The notes beneath the pieces were generated by a model. That model was not told the origin of the DNA, searched no databases, and worked only from the letters and a program-made list of their open reading frames with translations. From contig MEQL01000013.1 in NCBI GenBank assembly GCA_001770205.1, forward strand, positions 1 to 52,878: a stretch of 52,878 bases of DNA, given 5' to 3'. The DNA comes from Bdellovibrionales bacterium RIFOXYD12_FULL_39_22 (GTDB lineage: Bacteria > Bdellovibrionota > Bacteriovoracia > Bacteriovoracales > Bacteriovoracaceae). Position numbers and translations under genes: made by a program. Each line of letters opens with the position of its first letter. Positions within the stretch are counted from its first letter, which is position 1. Below are positions 40,068 through 49,410 of this stretch, in pieces.

Positions 40068-40145
40068 ATTTAATTAAAACCCAAATTTACCAAAACTTTA
40101 CATCGCTCTGACAATCATCCATTGCTATTTTCTTAAAGTAGCGCA

Positions 40146-41141
40146 ATGGATAAATCCCAAAACAGACAATTTGTTATTAAATATATTAGCGCTTTATATT
40201 TTATAATATCGCTTGGCCTGCACTTGCTGTTACTTATTTCGATTAATAGTACAAAAGGGCCCAAACAAGTAAAATCATCTCACTCACCTAATAAGAAAAT
40301 TTTTGAGATCATCCCAGAAATGCCACCGGCCTCCACCAGTACTAATCTAGCAAAGTTAACGACAAAACCAAATACCGCAACCGCTGGTAAAAAAAAAATT
40401 TCACTGGCAGACCTGCAAGTGGATACAATGATTGCACATCACTCATCCCGGAACCCGAAAGAAAATGTTCGTGATAATGATAATGATAATGATAATAATA
40501 ACGACAGTAACAGTTATGGCGCGAATAAAAATTATGCTGTTTTTAAACAGCAAAGTGTTTCTATAACATCTCAAATCTATCAAGCAATTTTGGAAAAACT
40601 AGATTATCCACAAGAGTTGGTAGATAGAAATATTCAGGGAATTGTAAAAGTTAAATTTTTTTTTGGAGGCAATGGAGAAGGATATCTGGAGAAATTTAGT
40701 ACTTTTGATGGCAATTCAAACTATCTGAAGGTGGCCGTAGCGCGTACTTTAAGAGTGGCGCTATATAATTCAGACGCTAAGCTAAAACAAAGATTGAGTC
40801 AAATTACACGGCCATTGGAATTTACCGGGATTTTTAATTTTCAGATTTCTACCACAAAGGAAATCCATTTCACCAACGAAGTATCAGATAGTACTTTTTT
40901 CTTTTATAAGTGGGTATATGGAGGAGATCGACCAATTGATCTTGCTAATAAAGTTATCTTAACTGCGGCCCAAATAGAAAAAATCGGAGTTAATTTGATT
41001 GATCTATTTTTGTGGGGAAGAAAAAAACTATTTAAAACTGAATATGAAAAAGTTGATGAAATGCAAGAAAAATGGAAACTGGAAAAATATAAAAATGATC
41101 CAATCTGGGAAAAAACAGTAACAGATCAAGCGAGAAACTAG
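40146..41141 (+). CDS. TonB-like protein (N-terminal TM, low-complexity linker, TonB_C-like domain)
   Basis: SL.LH.LLL anchor; L.YP......IQG.V.VKF; DN repeat linker. Confidence 0.6.
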   Translation: MDKSQNRQFVIKYISALYFIISLGLHLLLLISINSTKGPKQVKSSHSPNKKIFEIIPEMPPASTSTNLAKLTTKPNTATAGKKKISLADLQVDTMIAHHSSRNPKENVRDNDNDNDNNNDSNSYGANKNYAVFKQQSVSITSQIYQAILEKLDYPQELVDRNIQGIVKVKFFFGGNGEGYLEKFSTFDGNSNYLKVAVARTLRVALYNSDAKLKQRLSQITRPLEFTGIFNFQISTTKEIHFTNEVSDSTFFFYKWVYGGDRPIDLANKVILTAAQIEKIGVNLIDLFLWGRKKLFKTEYEKVDEMQEKWKLEKYKNDPIWEKTVTDQARN

Positions 41142-41162
41142 AATAAATGTTCAATCTTAATA

Positions 41163-42149
41163 TTAAATACTATCTAATCCAGAAATATAAAGAGGAAATG
41201 AATTAATGTTCGTCATACCACTTCTGCGCTCCCCCCAAAGCGACTGTAAGAGAGATACCGGATCACTTTGGCCCGTAACAGCAATTGATTGCAACTGAAT
41301 AAAGTGAGTAAAAAAGTCACCATTTCCTAAGCGACAAATTCCACTATATAAAGATTGTACGGGAACCCCATTATATTTAAAATAATTTTCAGGAATCCAG
41401 AGTTTGTACTGGGCCAGTTCTGCGAGTATTTTTTGCTCATAACCACAAGCGCAGACAAGTTCATGGATTACTTCTTTTAAATCAGCACCTTTGTTGGCCA
41501 CAAAATAACTGAGTAATTTATTATTGCTTTTGTATAGATAAAAATCTGCAGAACTAATCCATTTCAAGGCCTCCCAGTCACTATCATTTCGATGAATGGC
41601 AAAGCATTTTCCTTCAATATTATCAAGATAAAGCTTCTTCATTGCAATAAAATCTTCTGGCCTAACTTCTGCCAACTTCTGCCTGATAAACATTGTCCCA
41701 GTATAGTGAGATATCTGATCTATTCCAGTTTGATGTATAACGCCCGTTTGAAAAAAATCGAATTTACGATAAAGTTGATCCTGATCACTCCATAGGAAAA
41801 AAAACAACACCTCTTTTTCATACTTACTAATTACATAATTAAAAAGATTTTTAAACAATCCTCGTCCTTGATATTTTTCATCTACCGCAATCCCGCCAAT
41901 AAATGCCACCGGAAAAAAATTATCCCTCAATGACATTTGTCTTATAATAACGCCGATATGGGCCAAAATTCTTTGGTCTGTTTTATCAATAATAATAAAA
42001 TTATGAGATTGATTTTCTTTCCTCATTAGAAGATAAAAGTCGACGTCAAAATGCTGGCCTGCTGGATAATTGAAATTTTTCTCAATAAGTGCCAAGGCCG
42101 CACCATAGTATTCTGGATTGCGTTCAAGCGTAGATATAATTTGGTCCAT
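41163..42149 (-). CDS. GNAT family N-acetyltransferase (Eis-like)
   Basis: IGGIAVDEKYQGRGL motif A; LWS...LYRKF.F; C-terminal G.DSI. Confidence 0.85.
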   Translation of the reverse strand: MDQIISTLERNPEYYGAALALIEKNFNYPAGQHFDVDFYLLMRKENQSHNFIIIDKTDQRILAHIGVIIRQMSLRDNFFPVAFIGGIAVDEKYQGRGLFKNLFNYVISKYEKEVLFFFLWSDQDQLYRKFDFFQTGVIHQTGIDQISHYTGTMFIRQKLAEVRPEDFIAMKKLYLDNIEGKCFAIHRNDSDWEALKWISSADFYLYKSNNKLLSYFVANKGADLKEVIHELVCACGYEQKILAELAQYKLWIPENYFKYNGVPVQSLYSGICRLGNGDFFTHFIQLQSIAVTGQSDPVSLLQSLWGERRSGMTNINSFPLYISGLDSI

Positions 42150-42279
42150 AATTTATTATTTCACAGTTTAATAATTTTGGCGGAATTTTTTTCCTACCCG
42201 AAAAAAACCATTAAAAACAACTAACTGGCCACTGTTCTCATCTTTTTTATAAAAAAAAATAGTGGTCTCAACAAATGAG

Positions 42280-42306
42280 TAAAAAACTTTTGAATAAGTT
42301 CGATAT
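42280..42306 (+). promoter_or_regulatory. putative sigma-28 (FliA) promoter of flagellin 1
   Basis: TAAA-N15-TTCGATAT, close to the consensus TAAA-N15-GCCGATAA, ~90 nt upstream of the ATG. Confidence 0.65.
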
Positions 42307-42320
42307 GTGTATTGAAGAAA

Positions 42321-42395
42321 TTTAGCGGGAGTTGGACCTGCTAAACTTCTCTGACAAGAAGGAGTCTTGTCAGGCCCAAAATCAAGGAGGATTTT
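42321..42395 (+). promoter_or_regulatory. three GGA-loop hairpins (CsrA/RsmA-type sites) in the flagellin 1 leader
   Basis: tttagcggg-AGTTGGA-cctgctaaa; ctgacaaga-AGGAG-tcttgtcag; aaaatc-AAGGAG-gatttt (SD in the loop). Confidence 0.7.
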
Positions 42396-42396
42396 T

Positions 42397-43245
42397 ATGG
42401 GACTACGAATCAACACCAACGTTGCATCGTTGAACGCTCAAAGAAATTTGGGAAAAACACGACTTGCAATGGACCAAACTCTGGAAAAATTGTCGTCTGG
42501 CCAGAGGATTAATCGCGCAGGAGACGACGCCGCAGGCCTTGCCATTTCGGAAAACTTAAAGGCGCAAATCCGAGGATTAGATCAAGCAGAAAGAAATGCC
42601 CAAGACGGTATCTCTTTAGTGCAGATCGCTGAAGGTGCGCTATCAGAAGTATCGAATATTTTAATTCGTCTTCGTGAATTATCCGTACAGGCCGCTTCAG
42701 ATACTATCGGATCAACCGAACGAAAGTTTTTAAATGTTGAGTTTGAGCAGCTGACATCAGAGATTGATCGAATAGCAAACTCTACTGAATTTAACCGCGT
42801 TCCGCTGTTGGATGGAACTGGTGCCGTATTTGACATCCAAATTGGTACTCGCAACGATCCAATAACTGACCGATTGACATTTGATGCTTCCAGCGCTGAC
42901 GTCAACGTCGCAGCGCTAGGATTAAATTTAGCATCCGTTGCAGATAAGATTTCTTCACAAAACTCTTTGTCTGCAATTGATCAAGCAATTATCTCTGTTT
43001 CTGGAATTAGAGCAGACTTTGGTGCTCTACAAAACAGACTACAGTCTACCATTAACAACATTAACGTAAGCAAAGAGAACCTTGCTTCTGCAAACTCACG
43101 AGTAAGAGATGCGGACATCGCCAAGGAGACTGCCGATTTAACCAAGAACAACATCTTGGTACAAGCAGGTACCTCGGTTTTGGCGCAGGCAAATGCCTAC
43201 TCGAAGAATGCTTTGCAGCTTATTGGCTCAGCTTCTCAAGTTTAA
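42397..43245 (+). CDS. fliC: flagellin (short, D0/D1 type)
   Basis: MGLRINTNVASL.AQR.L, LSSG.RINRA.DDAAGLAISE, RA.FGA.QNRL, SR.RDAD.A.E, QAG.SVLAQAN. Confidence 0.98.
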   Translation: MGLRINTNVASLNAQRNLGKTRLAMDQTLEKLSSGQRINRAGDDAAGLAISENLKAQIRGLDQAERNAQDGISLVQIAEGALSEVSNILIRLRELSVQAASDTIGSTERKFLNVEFEQLTSEIDRIANSTEFNRVPLLDGTGAVFDIQIGTRNDPITDRLTFDASSADVNVAALGLNLASVADKISSQNSLSAIDQAIISVSGIRADFGALQNRLQSTINNINVSKENLASANSRVRDADIAKETADLTKNNILVQAGTSVLAQANAYSKNALQLIGSASQV

Positions 43246-43465
43246 GATTAATGTTTGGAACTGGGAGGATTGTATGGATTTTAATAGTGAGTAAGAGAAG
43301 ATCTGGTGGCCGCATATCCTGCAAGATTCGGTCATCATAATCTCGATAATGAAAGATATGTTTGTATTAGAAAAGAAGAGCAAGAAAGAAGTACCCAATT
43401 AGTATTGGTACAGTTTTTAGGACAGGACAATTTTAATACTAACTTTAGAACAGTATGTTCGCTTT

Positions 43466-43500
43466 TTACAGGAGGTAATTTTTATGTATAACGGGAGTTA
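43466..43500 (+). promoter_or_regulatory. two GGA-loop mini-hairpins (CsrA-type) in the flagellin 2 leader
   Basis: ttac-AGGAG-gtaa and taac-GGGA-gtta (the latter is the SD). Confidence 0.55.
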
Positions 43501-43503
43501 AAT

Positions 43504-44337
43504 ATGGGATTAAGAATAAATACAAACGTTGCTTCGCTTGCAGCACAACGTTCTTTAGGAAATACTACCAACACCTTAAATGATAGCTTAAGAAAGTTGT
43601 CATCAGGTGAACGAGTAACTAGAAGTGGGGACGATGCAGCAGGTTTAGCAATAAGTGAAAACTTGAAGGCGCAAATTAGAGGATTAAAACAAGCAGGGAG
43701 AAATGCGGGTGACGCAATTTCCTTGATACAAACGGCAGAGGGAGGGCTAAGTGAGATTTCAAACATCATTATCAGATTGCGAGAACTCTCAGTGCAAGCT
43801 GCCTCTGATACCGTTGGACAGACTGAACGCGGATTTTCCGATATTGAGTTTCAGCAACTCAAAGAAGAACTCGATCGAATCGCCAGATCGTCTGAGTTCA
43901 ACGGGATTAAGCTGTTGGATGGAACCAGTGGACTTTTGGAGTTCCAAGTTGGGGTACGCAATGATCCAGTATTGGATAGGTTGCGATATGACGGAACCTT
44001 CACTGATGCTACAATGGCAACCCTCGGATTATCAGCCGAAACGGTCTCCTCTAAGGAAGCCGCGCAAATTTCGCTTAAGAAGTTGGATGATGCCTTGGTG
44101 CAAGTCAACGGGGTGCGGGCCAATTTGGGAGCAATCCAAAATCGGCTCACTTCGACGGTCAACACTCTTGGCATTAGCGATGAAAACCTCAATGCAGCAA
44201 ACTCGCGAATCAGGGATGTGGATGTTGCAGCTGAGACAGCGGAATTGGCGAGAAAAAATATCCTGATTCAAGCTGGAACCTCGGTTTTGTCTCAGGCAAA
44301 CCAGTTTCCGAGCATAGCTTTGAAGTTGATTGGGTAA
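43504..44337 (+). CDS. fliC: flagellin (short, D0/D1 type), paralog 2
   Basis: Same conserved termini as paralog 1; 277 aa. Confidence 0.98.
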   Translation: MGLRINTNVASLAAQRSLGNTTNTLNDSLRKLSSGERVTRSGDDAAGLAISENLKAQIRGLKQAGRNAGDAISLIQTAEGGLSEISNIIIRLRELSVQAASDTVGQTERGFSDIEFQQLKEELDRIARSSEFNGIKLLDGTSGLLEFQVGVRNDPVLDRLRYDGTFTDATMATLGLSAETVSSKEAAQISLKKLDDALVQVNGVRANLGAIQNRLTSTVNTLGISDENLNAANSRIRDVDVAAETAELARKNILIQAGTSVLSQANQFPSIALKLIG

Positions 44338-44361
44338 CTGCTTTCTTTTCTTTCTTATCTG

Positions 44362-44397
44362 AGTGCCTTTGTCTTGAATAAGACAAAGGCACTTTTT
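44362..44397 (+). terminator. Rho-independent terminator after flagellin 2
   Basis: 14-bp perfect stem agtgcctttgtctt-gaat-aagacaaaggcact followed by TTTT. Confidence 0.9.
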
Positions 44398-44440
44398 ATA
44401 TTTATATTTTTAAGATATTGCGAGTATAATTTCTAAATTA

Positions 44441-45415
44441 ATGGTTACACGAAAAAAAACTATATTGATTTTCGGCATTACTTCTTTTGTAGGATCTAAC
44501 CTGGCCGAGTTTTTAAAAAAAGATTTCCGCGTTGTTGGAACGTATTTTTCAAATAAAATAACCATCCCAGAAATAATGACTATTCCTTGTGATGTTTTAT
44601 CAAAGGAAGAGGTACAACTGGCAGTGTTTGCCATTAAACCGGACATTGTAATATATGCTGTCGGACTTTCTTCACTTACTGATGCCAATATTGGAGGAAG
44701 TTTATCTGACAAACTAAACACTCTTGGGCTATTTAATGTTGCCGAATATGGCCAACGCTTTAAAAGTAAAATTTGTTATATCTCCTCAGGCTATGTTTTT
44801 GGTGGTGAAAACAAATACTATCTAGAAATGGATATCCCCGATGCCACCACTGTTTATGGTAAAACTAAGGCATCTGCCGAATTTTATATTCAAAAAAACT
44901 CACTCGATTATTTGCTCTTTCGCTGTAGTGCTTTATATGGACGGGGGATCAATTCTTTTTCCATGACTTCCTTTGAAATTTTGCAAAAAAAAATAAGTGA
45001 AAACAAAAACAGTGCTTGTGACAACTATGTTCACACCGGATTTTTAGATATTTACTTTCTGGCAATGGCGATTAAGCTTTGTATCGATAACAACATCTCC
45101 AATCGCCTAATGCAGGTAAGTTCTCGCGATATTAAAACTTTTTTTGAATTTGCCCAGCTTTATTGTAAAATTTTTGGCGCCCCCGAAGAGTTGATCAGCA
45201 AAGGGCGATGGCCTTTTCCTCATGTTGCCTCTGCCACCAGCACCTATACAGGCGGAGACTCTTACTACCAATTGGATGTCTCTAACATTGAAGGAATTTT
45301 AAATATCAGCATGCCAACAGTCGAGGAGTCTCTCAAGTTTACCAGTAAAAGGTTTAATGGCGAGAGCATCGATATTAAAAAAACCCAAACAAGTAACGTA
45401 ATTAAATTCATCTAG
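44441..45415 (+). CDS. RmlD-like extended SDR (sugar-nucleotide reductase family)
   Basis: ILIFG.TSFVG, ISS.YVFGG, P....YGKTK..AE. Confidence 0.85.
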   Translation: MVTRKKTILIFGITSFVGSNLAEFLKKDFRVVGTYFSNKITIPEIMTIPCDVLSKEEVQLAVFAIKPDIVIYAVGLSSLTDANIGGSLSDKLNTLGLFNVAEYGQRFKSKICYISSGYVFGGENKYYLEMDIPDATTVYGKTKASAEFYIQKNSLDYLLFRCSALYGRGINSFSMTSFEILQKKISENKNSACDNYVHTGFLDIYFLAMAIKLCIDNNISNRLMQVSSRDIKTFFEFAQLYCKIFGAPEELISKGRWPFPHVASATSTYTGGDSYYQLDVSNIEGILNISMPTVEESLKFTSKRFNGESIDIKKTQTSNVIKFI

Positions 45416-45449
45416 CGAGTTGATAAAAATTCCGGCATAATTAATATTT

Positions 45450-46220
45450 ATGGGTGTTAAATTTTATAATTTTAAACTAACCGAGGATTATGCAAAAGTA
45501 AGGCAACTTTTTTGGTGGCCATTTTTCCTAATAATCGTCGCGTTGTTCTTTGAAATAGTTGGTGGCCACGTCTCTCTTTGGCCTGCCTTTTTGAAATTTA
45601 TTATTATACTCGCCATCTATCGTTCTTTTTATATTACGTTGCGAGAACTTTTTTATACTTTTTGGAGCTTCAACTTTTTTGTAACACTGTATTGTATAAT
45701 TGGCCTATTTCAAAGCCTTTTTGTATTTAAGTCCGCTGCCATTTTTTACCTATATTTAACTACTCTCCCCTTTTTAGGTTTGCAGATTTATGTTTTAACC
45801 TCTCCAATATATTATCCACGTGTTCGCTGGTGGGAATATGATTTTCGCTATCGTTACGATCTCAAGGTTAAGGTAAGATTTTCCGGCAAAGAATATGATG
45901 GCCGTTTAACTGACTTAAGGCGTAGTGCTGGATGTGTGATTCTTTTTGATCAATTCGATGCGGGACATATCATCGAACTAGAAGTCGTTGGGAAAATAAT
46001 GAATTTTAATCTTAAGGCAGAAATAGTTAGCAAGCGAGAATACACCGTCGGTCGCGGACTAACCTATGGCGTAAAATTTCATTTTGATAATCCGTCCATG
46101 CGCAAAGACTTCGCACACTTTACTCGCTACTGGAAGACAGAAAGTTTACTTCGTTCAAAAATGAAGTTTAGAGAAATTCGCGAGGTTTCTGCCCCTCCTT
46201 CTCAAAAGGCATCTTTGTGA
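45450..46220 (+). CDS. membrane protein with a C-terminal PilZ domain
   Basis: ~4 TM then PR.RWWE...RY, G...DL....GC, YGVKF. Confidence 0.72.
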   Translation: MGVKFYNFKLTEDYAKVRQLFWWPFFLIIVALFFEIVGGHVSLWPAFLKFIIILAIYRSFYITLRELFYTFWSFNFFVTLYCIIGLFQSLFVFKSAAIFYLYLTTLPFLGLQIYVLTSPIYYPRVRWWEYDFRYRYDLKVKVRFSGKEYDGRLTDLRRSAGCVILFDQFDAGHIIELEVVGKIMNFNLKAEIVSKREYTVGRGLTYGVKFHFDNPSMRKDFAHFTRYWKTESLLRSKMKFREIREVSAPPSQKASL

Positions 46221-46711
46221 ATTTCTCAGATCATTTATGGCATATGGCCATCGCTCTTGAGTCGGCAGAGCAAGCATATAAAAATTTTGAAGTTCCAGTT
46301 GGTGCAATTCTTGTCGGAGCAGATGGAAAAGAAATCGTGCGATCATCAAATTTAAAGGAGATGGCCAACGACCCTTGCGGCCATGCCGAAATTCTAGTTA
46401 TTCGTCAAGCGGCCAACTTGCTAAATAACTGGAGACTAATCGGAACTACACTTTATGTAACATTGGAGCCATGTCCGATGTGCTTGGCGGCCATGGTTCA
46501 GGCCCGTATCTCTCAACTTGTTTTTGGCGCTTATGATCTAAAGGGAGGGGCATTAAGCCTCGGCCACAATCTTCATAACGACAAAAGACTAAACCATCAA
46601 TTTAATGTAATCGGCGGCATTCGGCACTATGAATGCTCTAGAATACTTTCTACTTTTTTTCGGGAGAATAGAGAAAGGCACAAAAAAAACATGCCCAAAT
46701 CTCAGCAATAA
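46217..46711 (+). CDS. tadA: tRNA adenosine(34) deaminase
   Basis: EVPVGA, DP.GHAEI, NWRL, LYVTLEPCPMC, FGAYD.KGG, L..FF. Confidence 0.93.
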   Translation: MNFSDHLWHMAIALESAEQAYKNFEVPVGAILVGADGKEIVRSSNLKEMANDPCGHAEILVIRQAANLLNNWRLIGTTLYVTLEPCPMCLAAMVQARISQLVFGAYDLKGGALSLGHNLHNDKRLNHQFNVIGGIRHYECSRILSTFFRENRERHKKNMPKSQQ

Positions 46712-47032
46712 CTACCAATACCACCAATTACAATCCAATCTGGCACGTGCGCGCACAAAAGGATCGTAATAATTGCTGTAAAGGTACATATAGCGATATG
46801 TACCAGGATAAAGCACTTGATTATACATAAATACAAATGCCTGCCAACCACGGGCAGTGATGGCATCTGCTCGGCCAGAACAAATAATTGGGCGATCCCA
46901 TGGATTGTATATTGAGCAAGTAACATCAAGTCGATTTATGCTGCAGTATGATTCTGGTGAAAAAGCAAAAACTGTAAAAGGGATTATCCCTATGAAAATA
47001 GCCATTAAAAAAGCAAACAGATATTTCTTCAT
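46712..47032 (-). CDS. small exported protein with four Cys
   Basis: GGAGGGAG RBS, signal peptide ending VFA; abuts the tadA stop. Confidence 0.8.
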   Translation of the reverse strand: MKKYLFAFLMAIFIGIIPFTVFAFSPESYCSINRLDVTCSIYNPWDRPIICSGRADAITARGWQAFVFMYNQVLYPGTYRYMYLYSNYYDPFVRARARLDCNWWYW

Positions 47033-47185
47033 TTTCTCCCTCCTCTTAATCCTCTTAAATGCTGTGGTTTTTCTAATAATAAAAAATTACACGCTATATA
47101 ATCAAAAAGCGAGCCCTAAGTTTTATTGGTTGCTTTTTAACTAGCTTTTTGCTTTAATTTGTCAAAAATTATCGATGTTCTTTGC

Positions 47186-47275
47186 GGAGAATTGGCCGAG
47201 TGGTTGAAGGCGCACGCTTGGAAAGCGTGTAACGGGGAAACTCGTTCGTGGGTTCGAATCCCATGTTCTCCGCCA
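47186..47275 (+). tRNA. tRNA-Ser (GGA)
   Basis: GGAGAATTGGCCGAGTGG...CACGC-TTGGAAA-GCGTG, long variable arm, GGTTCGAATCC, G discriminator, CCA. Confidence 0.97.
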
Positions 47276-47328
47276 TTTTTAATCCAACTATTTATTAAGA
47301 TTGAATTTTTTCTCAAAAAATTTTTGAG

Positions 47329-47427
47329 CTGTCTGGTTCTGTCTGGTTCGTCTCGTCAAACAGATGTCTCCGACACAATGAAACCAAAGAAAGCTGTCTG
47401 GTCAAACCAGACAGCTTGACCAGACAA
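47329..47427. repeat. five (C)TGTCTGGT motifs (3 direct, 2 inverted): integrase arm-type sites, including a 12-bp palindrome
   Basis: 47329-37, 47339-47, 47394-402 direct; 47406-14, 47419-27 inverted; aagctgtctggt-caa-accagacagctt at 47391-47417. Confidence 0.8.
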
Positions 47428-47435
47428 CTGCAAAA

Positions 47436-48695
47436 TCATTGATCACTAGACGGTGATGGCACCAACGTTAGTCGTCTAACGTTGTTTTCATCTTGCGGAT
47501 TTTCTCCGCTCAATGTTGCCATAAAGCGCTCAACATCATTTACCGCCTTTCTATTTGCCTCGCTAGGCATAGCTGCGTAATGCTGAACCATCTTAATGTC
47601 CTTGTGTCCAGTGACGGCCTGTGCCGCATCTAAGCTTCCCGTCACTTTGCGCGTAATGGTTCCCATCGAGTGGCGCATGATGTGAGTTGCGCTATACTCT
47701 GGAAACAATCCGGCCTTTTTCAAAGCATGGTTAAACTGATATTGTATCCGACGATACACGAGAGGTTCTCCCTGCTCATCTCTAAAAACAAATCCACTCG
47801 TTCTCTTCCCGATGCTTCGTTGCAAAATCTCGAATAATCGATCATTCATGGAAACAAATCGAATCTTTCCGTTTTTTGGCATAGACTTTAGGTAGTCAAA
47901 CTTCTTGGTAGATCTCGCCCACACCGCAACATTTTTAACAGTAATGATACGCTCTTTAAAATTAACGCTCTCAACTTGCAGGCCAGCCACTTCTCCAACT
48001 CGTCCGGCCATGTAAAACTGAGTTTCGGCAAAGTCACGCCACTCTTGTGGCAACTCCTTAAAAAAGGCTAGAACTTCTTCTGGGCGCATCTTTTTATTCC
48101 TATGAGGAAGTGGTTTGATTTGCCCAATAGTCCGATGACGCTTCAAAACAGGGTTAATAAAAAACGAGTCGTAGTTTTCACGATACCAATTGAAGATGGC
48201 CTTCAAGTATTTCAACACGCTATCAAAATTATGACGGCGCTTATGATTTTTGATAACATCTTCTCTGTGCCTGGCCATGAAGTCATCAAGTAGTGTTGCG
48301 TTGATATCGACCATTTTATAATCAAACAACGGCCGAAAAAAATCCACTACTGCCATATAAGTATTTCTCGTCGATTTTTCCAGTGCGTTAATGTGCAGCT
48401 CTTTGTAAAGCTCCCACACATCACGAAAATAGTATCCAAGGTCTTCACCATTTTTTCTAGTTGTCCTTTTAATTGCCAACTGTTCAAGGATACCCTCTTT
48501 GCAGATGTTTTTCACGACCGTTTCTGGAATTGATGGATGAAAATTGGCCTGCCAGGTGATAGCGTCCCGAAGATTGTCAAACTTCTTGGAGTACTCCTTG
48601 TTGTCGATATACTTGATGGCCAAGTACCTTCCATTTAACAAGTCTTTTTTTATTCCTTTGTATTGTGTTAGTTTTTTGTAACGATGGTCTTTCAT
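47436..48695 (-). CDS. tyrosine recombinase / integrase
   Basis: GR.GEV.GL, PKNGK.R, H.MRHS, GH.DI.M..HY catalytic set intact; ATG overlaps the upstream stop. Confidence 0.96.
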   Translation of the reverse strand: MKDHRYKKLTQYKGIKKDLLNGRYLAIKYIDNKEYSKKFDNLRDAITWQANFHPSIPETVVKNICKEGILEQLAIKRTTRKNGEDLGYYFRDVWELYKELHINALEKSTRNTYMAVVDFFRPLFDYKMVDINATLLDDFMARHREDVIKNHKRRHNFDSVLKYLKAIFNWYRENYDSFFINPVLKRHRTIGQIKPLPHRNKKMRPEEVLAFFKELPQEWRDFAETQFYMAGRVGEVAGLQVESVNFKERIITVKNVAVWARSTKKFDYLKSMPKNGKIRFVSMNDRLFEILQRSIGKRTSGFVFRDEQGEPLVYRRIQYQFNHALKKAGLFPEYSATHIMRHSMGTITRKVTGSLDAAQAVTGHKDIKMVQHYAAMPSEANRKAVNDVERFMATLSGENPQDENNVRRLTLVPSPSSDQ

Positions 48696-48952
48696 ACTTT
48701 TCCTCCTCCCAAGATCCAATTAAGGATCTCTCTTGGAACAAAAAATAAAATCCCACCTATTTTCCTTTTCGGAATCTTCTCATCTGAAGCAAGGTTGTAG
48801 ATGTGCCCTACTGAACACTTCAAAAACTTTGCTACGTCTTCTGCTCGCCATATTTGTTTGTTAAAGAGCTGTCCATTATCTTGCGACTCGGACGACTCAC
48901 TATATCGCGAAGCACATACTTTGTAATCTAGTTCTAAAATATTTTCACTCAT
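48692..48952 (-). CDS. excisionase-like HTH (HTH_17/MerR-type) protein
   Basis: W...DVA.FL..S...IY.L....KIP..KIGG...F....I..WI. Confidence 0.85.
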   Translation of the reverse strand: MSENILELDYKVCASRYSESSESQDNGQLFNKQIWRAEDVAKFLKCSVGHIYNLASDEKIPKRKIGGILFFVPREILNWILGGGKV

Positions 48953-49157
48953 AAATAAACTCCCCAAAAAATTGCTCTCCTTACTAATCTCACCACTGCT
49001 CCTGAATAAAATTGAATCTGTCGATTTATAATTTGCTTAGAGAGAACACAAAAACATCATGGCATGACTTAAATACAACCCCGGTGTCCTACAATAATCT
49101 TAGCCTCTCTTCGATATAAAACATCATATCCTCACTCCTCTTTTTCTCTCTCCCCAT

Positions 49158-49397
49158 TCAAATTATTAAATCTCTTCTAATCCATAACATTATCTCCTTT
49201 GGAATTTCTTCCACTCTTCCCCGGCCCAAATCACCACTAAAACCTGGCAATAGGTAAGCAACTTCTTGACCATACCCATCCAACTTGGTGGGAGGGGGAT
49301 GGTCAAGAATTGCGAGCCGATAATTGCCGAAAATAATTGGTGAAGATTGGCCGGGGGAATTTAATATAATCCAAGAGTGGCCAAAGAGTGGACACAC
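49158..49397 (-). CDS. hypothetical protein (uncertain)
   Basis: 79 aa ORF co-oriented within the element; GTG start, no recognisable motif. Confidence 0.3.
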   Translation of the reverse strand: MCPLFGHSWIILNSPGQSSPIIFGNYRLAILDHPPPTKLDGYGQEVAYLLPGFSGDLGRGRVEEIPKEIMLWIRRDLII

Positions 49398-49410
49398 ATT
49401 GGAACGTTAC

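Noticed and set aside
40473..40505. (GATAAT)n run as a Fur box or phase-variable tract
   Set aside because: In-frame hexamer inside a CDS encoding a DN linker; slippage would not shift frame
43306..43491. 61-aa ORF between the flagellins, and 43751-44266 in an alternative frame
   Set aside because: No motifs; they overlap the flagellin 2 leader or CDS
47159..47419. 86-aa ORF
   Set aside because: Spans tRNA-Ser and the arm repeats
48960..49140. Strong SD + ATG at 49127 on the minus strand
   Set aside because: Stops after 12 codons with further stops downstream; at most a decayed gene
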